A stretch of 64,000 nt of DNA from Eledone cirrhosa (Eukaryota). Positions within the stretch are counted from its first letter, which is position 1; the number at the start of each line of letters is the position of its first letter. The stretch is from assembly GCA_964016885.1 (NCBI GenBank), contig OZ024742.1, positions 116,870,001-116,934,000 of the forward strand, given 5' to 3'. Made by a program: the position numbers and the translations under genes. Positions 54,973 through 64,000 of this stretch are shown here, piece by piece. The notes below the pieces were generated by a model. That model had not been told where the DNA came from, made no database searches, and saw only the letters and a list, made by a program, of their open reading frames with translations.

Positions 54973-55519
54973 TCGGTTTCAACACACGTTTTCAGATAAA
55001 GAATCTTGCTAAACAAATTCAGAAACGAAATATATATATATATATATATACATACATATAGTATAATATGTGTACGTGTGTGTGTGTGTATAATTGTATA
55101 TATATATATATATATATATATTATTCTCTGCTTGTCTCAATCCATACTCTGGCTTTTAAAATATTTCTTCCCCCACTCCACAAGCCCATCACCACATCAG
55201 CTCTATCACCATACTCTACTTACGTATTTCCTCTGCAACTTTTATAGCTCTAAGTTTAGAATCCATCACCAACCATCAACCAACAACAGAGAAGCAACAC
55301 TGGAGTTAGCTGCACTAAAGTAAAAGTCTGTGACATGTATCACAGTTATTGGTGAAGTGAACCAAAAAGCAGTTGTCAATATGATGACTTCCATAAATTA
55401 CTTCAGCTATGATTGAATCATTTAACATGCAATAATAATGTCTTCAGTACCAGCTTTGTCATAAAACCTACTGTCTCTATGACTGTCTACATGTCTACCT
55501 ATTTGCTTTCATTATTTTT

Positions 55520-55701
55520 GTTGGCAGTATCGGTAGAGAGTCGGACGCCATGCTTTCCAGCATAGTTACGTCCCTTTACGATCTGAGTTCAAATCCCGCC
55601 GAGGTTGACTTTGCCTTTCATCTTAACGGGGTCGATAAAATAAAGTACCAGTAATGCACTGAGTAATTGCTGGCCTTGTGCCTAAAGTAGAAACAATTAT
55701 T
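55520..55701 (+). mobile_element. Deu/Nin-domain SINE
   Basis: Matches the family. Confidence 0.9.
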
Positions 55702-55927
55702 CTTGTTGAATTTTTGTTTGTTATTTCCCCATTTTCTGCCTATTTCTCCCCCCCCCCTCCCCCTCTCTCTCTATTATTATTATTGTTAATTTTATTTCTA
55801 AAATGTTTATCATATTTTAACTTTCTTGGTGTGTATATATATATATGTGTACTTATATATATGTATATATATATATAAAATGATATTAAATAAATGGAAA
55901 CTATATTTATAAAACCATATTTATTCT

Positions 55928-56182
55928 TTATACTTTGGGAGGTTCATGTTGCCAATAAGAAACACACACACCAGTTGCTTTCACTCCAATTTATTATAAA
56001 TTAAATTATAAATTTAAAAGTTTATAAATTCCCGGTTGGTTCCACAACCGGACGGTTGTTCATACATTGTCAAAGTTCTTTCGTCACACATTATGTGACC
56101 TCTTCAGTGACTGGGGATTCTTTTCTTTGTTTTGTGCCTCTCCTTTGTTCTGTCCTACGCCATCTTGTTTTTGTGTGTGTTC
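55928..56182 (-). mobile_element. Solo pLTR copy with hammerhead (56069-56111)
   Basis: Near-identical to 53842-54100. Confidence 0.85.
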
Positions 56183-56442
56183 ATATTTATTCTATTATAT
56201 ATATTTCAAGGGTACCAAAACATTTGGTACGCTATCATCAGATAAAATACAAAATGTTTTATAAATATTTGACATGACCAAGGATAATATACCTTAACAG
56301 TTCAAGTTATCCCTGGAAAGTGAAGGGAAGAGAGAAGAAAAGTCAGATATTTAAAATTATTAATATGAGTATGCAAATGATGTTTATATTAAAGGGCTGA
56401 AAAAACGTTATTTTAGACGGTATGGAAAATTTAAATATTTAA

Positions 56443-56489
<47 letters not shown>

Positions 56490-56640
56490 TACATATACAG
56501 ATATACATAGGAAATTGTATGACCCCGACGGCAGAGCTCAAGCCGTTTCAATGGCAATTTCTGGACCCACTCTACTACCCTCTACTATTTAGTACTCTGG
56601 TGCGTTATGGTCCATCTGGTTCCTTACCACAACTCTTTCG

Positions 56641-56744
<104 letters not shown>

Positions 56745-56745
56745 T

Positions 56746-56817
<72 letters not shown>

Positions 56818-56855
56818 CATATATATTTATATATATATATATATATTTACATATA

Positions 56856-56919
<64 letters not shown>

Positions 56920-56934
56920 CATATATCCTCTCTC

Positions 56935-57251
56935 TGTAAAGTTGGTACCACAACATCCAGTCCAAATAAATGAGATAATGAGATCGAGATTGTGTAGGTG
57001 TCAAGACAAAATAAAAACACACATTCCACGCTGTAATGTGGCCATGTAGGTAACACGGTAAAATTTTCCCAGTTCCACACTGTAAATGTGGTTGGTGTTA
57101 GGAAGGGCATCCAGCCGTAGAAAACCTGCCAGATAGTCCTGTACGAGTGAGACACGGTCACCTGACCAACGTTGTCTCAAGTGGGACAACTCCCGTCTAA
57201 CCTATGCTAGCGTGGAAGATGGACGTTAAACGAAGATGATGATTATGATGA
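56935..57251 (+). mobile_element. 3'-UTR-only relative of RTE family A
   Basis: Matches 17046-17346 with more divergence; (ATG)n tail. Confidence 0.85.
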
Positions 57252-57344
57252 TATATATATATATATATACAGAGTTTAATAAAAGAACAGAGAACAAAAA
57301 ACAGAGAGGCAGTACAAATGATATTTGTATTAGTTTCACGCTTG

Positions 57345-57390
57345 AGAGTGGAGACGATGTTTCGGGCATAAGCCCTTCATCAGGAGAACA
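57345..57390 (-). ncRNA. Hammerhead-like motif, stem I not evident
   Basis: CTGATGA-a gggc ttat gccc-GAAAC-atc-GTC; a decayed relative lies at ~48760-48795. Confidence 0.45.
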
Positions 57391-57429
57391 GTGGGTAGGA
57401 AGAGAGTTCCGAGGGTGTGTGGGGTAGTG

Positions 57430-57505
<76 letters not shown>

Positions 57506-57519
57506 TAATATATATATAA

Positions 57520-60500
57520 TTCAAGAAAGAAGATTGTCATGGTTCGCTATACAATAAGGGCTTTATTCACATTACTGACAATTGTTTCTTTGATCTGGCA
57601 GGTCTAGAGTTTGCTATACGCCTGATTTTGCGCCAATCGATCACCAATACTTTGTTTATAACCAGTCTGTTTCATCGGAGCGGATGAAATGAAGAAAATA
57701 CACAAGGCATGGTTTTTATATAAGTGTGGTATTAAACCAGAACAATAATATCAATAATAAAATAAAATAACTAGATAGCATACAATTAAAATAATAACAT
57801 CAATGTAAGTAAGAGATAGAGTATAATGGAGAATGTAGCATGTTAAACAGACTGATATGATACAGATGTATGGAGTTGACATGTGAAAACTGCTATAGGG
57901 TACATTAAATATAGTGATAGGGTAGCGACTAGATGACAGTAACCACTAAGATGTACTTGGAGACATAATCTATGAGATATCCACTGTGCTGTAGGTATTC
58001 TAGCAATAAACCGGAGATTTGCTTCTTTTTTTTTTTTATTATTTGACTGATAAACATTTTCGTTTGATTAATTTAGTGATGATGATAGTTTTTATGGGGT
58101 GCTAAATGGAGTTGTAGATTCGTTATTTAAGTGTACTAAAGGTAGGGATTGTTATTTCGAATCGTGGGAGTTTAGTTTTCACAGCATCAATAACAAATCG
58201 TGTATAAATAACAGAAGGTAGTAAAGTAGTAAAATGTGCATGGTAGGTATATAGAACATGATGAATAATATTAGGGCTATATTGAGATGTTCATAATAAT
58301 AATAATAAGAAGAAGAATAATAATAAGAATAATAAGAGGAAAGTGAGATTTCAAGGGGTGTAGGAGTAATAAAATAATGTACTTAGAATTAGGTTCGTCT
58401 GTTAGAGATCGTGAGTGCTAATGAGAGATATACATCCTTGGTCCGAAGTAGTGGGTAATAGCGAAGGTATGATTGATTTATGGGCTGATAAGATAGTGGT
58501 AGACATCTTCCAGTGGGATAGAATTAGGGAGGCTATAAGGTATTTCTAGAAGATTATAGTTCCCTATTGGGCTGTGAAAGAAGGTGGATTTCATATGTTA
58601 AAAGCTAAGTGGTATTGGTTCGAATCACGGTGGTTTAAATCTCGCGAATTTTGTAGCAATCTTATGTCTGCAGAAAATTGACCTCTCTATTTTGCTGTTG
58701 AGTAGCATTTTATCGTTCCTTAAGATATGCAGCAATTCAAGGTTGCAGAGCCCGCAGTAGGACATACCGCTGCTATATGTCTTTGCGGTCGCCAATTTCG
58801 ACCAGCTAATATTATAATCAAGGTTTTTGTCCTTAAGTTGCCAGATTTTATTGGCGAGGGTTGAAGAATTTATCAGTGCACGGTTCTTCATTGAATGTCT
58901 GTGTACATACCATCTTTTTTTAAAAGCACCCGCGGTGGATCCAATGTAGTGCCAAGTGAAGTTGCCCGATTTTATAGTACACATGTACACTAGGCCCGAA
59001 TCAAGGCACCTATTCGCTAGTGGGCACTTATCCGGTAGGTGACAGTTGCAGTTCGGGGTATTACTCTGTGAAGCTTTCACATTGCCATTTTGTAAGCTAT
59101 TGTATGTGGGTTGTGATTTATGCCTATTGAAGTTTTGCTGCGGTGTGTTCATGTGCGTTTGCGGTTGTGATACTGTAATGTGTTTGTGTTTTGTGTTTGG
59201 TGCTACGTTGCGTATGGGTGGGATATCTTTCCTAGAGGTATTCTTGTGGTTGATCTTGCGTATGTGCGATTCAATGTTTGCAGCAGTAGAGTATGAGAGT
59301 TTTATAGTTTTTCTATTGAAGATTTTATGATATTTATGCGATATAGGGAAGTGCTGATCTATTAGTTTAAAGAACGTAGAAGACAGTTTAGTTCTTATAG
59401 CGGAGTTGAAGATTGGATTAAACCAAAGGTATTTTCTCTATCTAGTTCTTCTATAGTTTCTGGGGTTTACATTATTCGTGTTCGGTCCTCGTACTCTAAG
59501 TGCTTTTGCTTAGTTTTATGTCTAGTCCGGTTACCTCTATTCTTGTATGAGTGGTTGGTATCGGTGTTAATGGGTTCATTTGTGTTGTCCTTATCTGTTA
59601 TAACCTGCAGCTTTTCTTTGTGTCCAGCCCTACGCAATGCTGCGTTATAATAGTTAGCATATTCTTTAAAAATTTCTAGGTTTGAGGATATACTTCATGC
59701 TATGGATTTAATTATGGATCGGGGTGGTTTGAGCTATAATTAATGTAGGCTAGATTCTCATTATTTTTGTGGAAGAGTTCTATTAATCCCGTGCTTAGGT
59801 TTAGAGTTACGTCTAGAAAGTTTGCCTTTTTAGAGTTCAGTTCATAGGTAATATATAGGCCTAGTTTTTTTAAGAATGTTCTAATGTTTTTTCTTAATCT
59901 TTCCATGCTCTGGTTATTTAAGTTCCTAGCTATAAATTCCCCCTTGGAGGTTATTAAATTCCATCAAATCGTTCGATCCCATTGTGATGTCGAAACTGTT
60001 CATCCTGTTTTTTCTTTCCCAGTAGCTATTTTCAAATGTTATGATAGTCCTTCTAGCTGCAAGTATTATTTTAATTTCTTCTGGGGTAAGGTCCGGGTTA
60101 TTTTGGGCAAATATTAGTGCTTTATCTAGGGTGACTGGAGATATGGATGCGTAATAATCATTTATGTAAAATTGTATGAAGTTGCATTCTTCCCTATTTC
60201 CTATTCTATTGAACCATTCAATTGCTTCATTAGTGTTACCCCATAAATTGATTTCTAGTTTTCCCTTAATTTGTGCGATTACTCTATCTAGAATATTCTT
60301 GCTAATTTTACCTATATCCGACTTGGATGGGCATATTAATCTAATAGTAGGGTTTGTTTCGAAGTTATTTTTGTGATCCTTAGGGTTAAATGTGGGGTTG
60401 CATGGAGTCAGAGGTTCGGTTCTGTCAGATATTTCGAGTTTTTTTACTATGCTAAAACCTTCCTTATTAATGCTAGTGAGTGTAGATTCATTTTTTTTTT

Positions 60501-60570
60501 TTTTTTTTTTGTGTAGTTCACGTCGAATGAAATTATTGTATGTATTGAGGTCCATAGTGTATACGTTTGA
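57520..60570 (-). mobile_element. Penelope-like element, internally deleted (RT N-part, thumb, GIY-YIG, long 3' region)
   Basis: KDHKNNF..NPTIRLICPSKSDIG, FDITMGS, ANFLDVTLNL, GLVYMC...HYIGST..FKKRWYVH, CGLCNLE; catalytic YxDD region deleted near 59930-59970. Confidence 0.92.
57565..57690 (-). ncRNA. Hammerhead-like motif with an 83-nt stem II insertion
   Basis: gct-CCGATGA (57678-57672)...GAAAC-AATT-GTC-agt, in the same 3' position relative to the Penelope ORF as the 40.8 kb motif. Confidence 0.5.
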
Positions 60571-60611
60571 TGTTTTGTATGCTTTTATTTACACATATAT
60601 ATACATATATT

Positions 60612-60644
<33 letters not shown>

Positions 60645-60725
60645 ATATATATATATATATATATTTACATATATATATATATATATATATTTACTTTTAT
60701 ATATATATATATATATATATATTTA

Positions 60726-60769
<44 letters not shown>

Positions 60770-60789
60770 CTTATATATATATTTATTTA

Positions 60790-60884
<95 letters not shown>

Positions 60885-61371
60885 GTATATAGACATATTT
60901 ACATATACATATATATTACACACACGTATATATGTATATGTATATGTATATATACATATTTACATATATATTATATATATATTACACATGCGTATATATG
61001 TATATATATACACACATTTATATATAGATTATATATATTAAACACATGTGTATATATATATATATATATATAGATATATATATTACATATACATATATAT
61101 CATGTACATACATATACATATGTGTGTATATATATATACACACATAGTGATTGAGTGGTTACTAATCTCATTAATATGTTATCTATAAGGATGTCAATCT
61201 CATATTTTTATTGATACTCCAATCGGGTTTGATTAGCAGTGAATATTGTCACATGTTTACTCGGCTGTATTGACATTAAGTCTCAAGTTATATTTCTCCT
61301 TCCTCACACATTGAATTTATTTCCATCTCAAATATATCTGACTTGGTTATTCCATAAAACACCAATAATAA

Positions 61372-61562
61372 TAGTAATGGTTTCTACATTTGGCACAAGG
61401 CCAGCTATTATCCCAGTGTATTACTGGTGCTTTATTTTATCGACCCCGTAAGGATAAAAGGCTAAGTTAACTTCGGCGGGATTTGAACTCAGACCATAAA
61501 GTGCCATAACTCTTTAATGCAAAGCATGGCGTCTGACCTTCTACCACTACTGCAATCCACCC
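61372..61562 (-). mobile_element. Deu/Nin-domain SINE followed by a second, longer variant (61585-61790)
   Basis: Matches the family; two tandem insertions. Confidence 0.85.
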
Positions 61563-62055
61563 TTTTAATCCACCCAATAATAATAATAATGGTTTCTAAT
61601 TTAGGCACAAGACCAACAATTTTGAGGGAAGGGGAATGTCAATTAAATTGGCCTTAGTACTCTTTTGGTACTTTATTTTATCAACCCCATAAAGATAAAA
61701 GGCAAAGCTAACCTTGGTAGGATTTGAACTAAAGGGATATAACTCTGTCTTGCGAAGTATGTTGTCTGAGACTCTAGTAATAACAAATTGTAAATATTTG
61801 CAACATGTACAGCAATAGAAAGAAGGTATATGTACGTACTGACATATTATCATTATCAATACCACCACATCCGCAATCATCTTCGTCATGGTTTTCCATC
61901 TACTTTTCATGCTGGCATGTATTGGAATCATCATTATGATCAGATTCAGTTTGCATTCAGAAATTTGCTACTCACATTTTAAAAAGCCTATAATAATAGT
62001 AATAACTTAAGCATGCACATAAGTAATATGGCTATAAATTAAAATCTTGATAACG

Positions 62056-63290
62056 TCATCATCATCATCATTTTTACATACTTGCATGAGTTAGATGGGT
62101 CCTCTTCAGCAATCCTTTGTCATTTCCTCTGTGAGTCTGTGATTTGAGGTCAGCTCTTAAAAACTCTGCCCTGGTCTTTTTTGGTTGAACTTCACTGTGG
62201 CTTCCTTCCACTGACATTTCCTGGCACTTCTTTATCCAACGATCATTGTCCATGTGCATCACATATCCATACTACTGGATTCGCCTTAAACCCAACTTCT
62301 CCCTCAACACGTCCAAGCTTTGCCTTTCTCTCACACTTAAATTGCACATCAAACGAAGCATGGTTGCTTAATTTTTCTCCTGTCTATGCATTTCCTCTGC
62401 AGTCACAGCCCATGTTTCACTACCATGCAGCATCAAATTTCTCACACAGGCATCATGCAGTCCTCCTTTTATATGTAGGGAGAAACCTTTTGTTGTCAAC
62501 AGTCAGTTAGTATGCTCACTGAACACTGTCCTTTTTTGTTAATTTTGTTGCCTATATAGCAGAAGATATCAACCAATTCTATAGATCCTTCCTGTGACTT
62601 GAATAGGTTTAGATCACTGGCTCTCTTTCGCTCAGTTACTCCTGTGATTCTTCTACACACACAGTCTTCCCTTCCTATTGTTCTTCCCACTCCATCTCTT
62701 GTGTATCTAAGCTCTACATTGTGTACTTCGTATGGAGTTTATACTTATTCCATTTCTACATGTTGAGTAGAATCACTTTCCTGAAGGAATCAGGGACCTA
62801 CCTTCTCTCCTACTAACTAGCACTTTAGTCTTGGCTAAGCTTATTCTCAGACCTTTTGATTCTAAATTCTGTTTCCATAGTTGGAAATTATTTTCTAGAT
62901 CTTTAATTTATTTGGCTATGATCATCTGCATAGAGAAGTTTCCATGGCCAGCCAGTCTTAAACTTCTCTGTTATACCCTGGAGAACTATAATGAATAGTA
63001 GTGGGTTAAGAACCAAACCTTGATGAACTCCTGCTTGTACCTTGAATTCCTCACTAAACTCTCTTCCTATTCTCCCTTTGCTGACAACTCCTCTGTACAT
63101 GGCTTGCACTACTCTCACCAACCATTATTCTGCCCTCAATTTCCATAAGGATCACCAGATAATACATTGAGGTACTCTGTCAAGCACTTTTTTTAGATCA
63201 ACGAAAGCTAGGTATACTGGCTTATTTTGGCTAAGATCTTCTTTTCAAGTTGCCTCACTAAAACGTGAGTACATGTAATACTTTTTCCCA
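62056..63290 (-). mobile_element. Degenerate RTE LINE 3' half
   Basis: GVHQGLVLNPLLF, LLYADD, (CAT)n tail at 62056. Confidence 0.9.
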
Positions 63291-63299
63291 GGAAAGGAA

Positions 63300-63440
63300 A
63301 CAACTACATAAAAGTACTCTGGGATATGAAGAATCAAACGGATAAGCAAATAGAACATACTCACCCAGATATTGTTATACTCAATAAAAAGAACAGAGTT
63401 TGTTGACTAATGCTGGTTTCCCATTTGATACAGAATTGAT
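63300..63440 (+). mobile_element. R4/Dong-like restriction-like endonuclease fragment
   Basis: KVLWDMKNQTDKQIEHTHPDIVILNKKNRVC. Confidence 0.7.
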
Positions 63441-64000
63441 AGGCAAAGAACACAGAGGTGCACTTGAGTACTTAGTAGAAACTGGGCCAAAAACATGAAG
63501 AAAAATATAACTAATCAGTCAGTGAGGATTTATATGAAATTGGTAAATAGAAAATAAGCTAATTACAAAATAACAATAAATGAATAACAGAATTCTCCAA
63601 AAGGCGGAAGACTCACCTACGAGTAATTAAGGAAACACACACATTTGAGAATACCCCAATCACCCCAGTAAATGCCCTTCTCTCCTCTATTCAACCTAGC
63701 CAACAAGCACCTGCTTAAAGTAGGCTTATTCACTCAAACCATCCTCACTACATTTATCGAACCTTTTATGAATATACTGGTTTTGTTATTTTATTTTGTG
63801 TTGGTACCTTAACTCAAATACCCAACCCTACATGGAGCCCCTTGCTGGCCTACATGGCGGGTGCTTGGACGCACAGACTCGGGGACTCAGACTCTCAACG
63901 GGACAACGGCACACATAGAGTTCGATACGACCTGACTATTTGCTCTTCACATGGATGTGTATATACCAAAACATACACTATTTAGACGATACGGATGTTA

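Noticed and set aside
56518-56640. gaccccgacg resembling a tRNA-Trp primer binding site
   Set aside because: No TGG start, no adjacent LTR and no convincing gag peptide
63830-64000. GC-richer segment at the window end with a B-box-like gagttcgatac
   Set aside because: Truncated by the window edge; cannot be classified

Overview
AT-rich animal genomic DNA, not prokaryotic. The repeat content (RTE LINEs with (ATG)n tails, tRNA-derived Meta- and Deu/Nin-type SINEs, Penelope-like elements, very long (TA)n) best fits a cephalopod such as Octopus; that assignment is inference. I found no intact host protein-coding exon. The window is mostly TE debris: about a dozen RTE copies (one near full length with APE, RT and a PHD-like finger), three Penelope-like (GIY-YIG) remnants, a Gypsy 3' end with LTR, Helitron-like, mariner, hAT and R4/Dong fragments, many SINEs, and a 200-N gap. 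Three things stand out. (1) A consensus recursive-splice (ratchet) site, polypyrimidine-CAG|GTAAGT at 24689/24690, is followed by a 60-nt cryptic exon with stops in all three frames, suggesting the window lies inside a giant plus-strand intron. (2) There are more than a dozen hammerhead-ribozyme motifs of at least four families. They include a 430-nt tandem retrozyme-like unit, short palindromic back-to-back hammerhead elements and hammerheads with 80-100-nt stem II insertions, and the best-formed copies lie mostly on the minus strand. (3) A 5'-inverted (twin-primed) non-L1 LINE retains an intact 12-bp TSD. All RNA folds were paired by eye and none has been tested.
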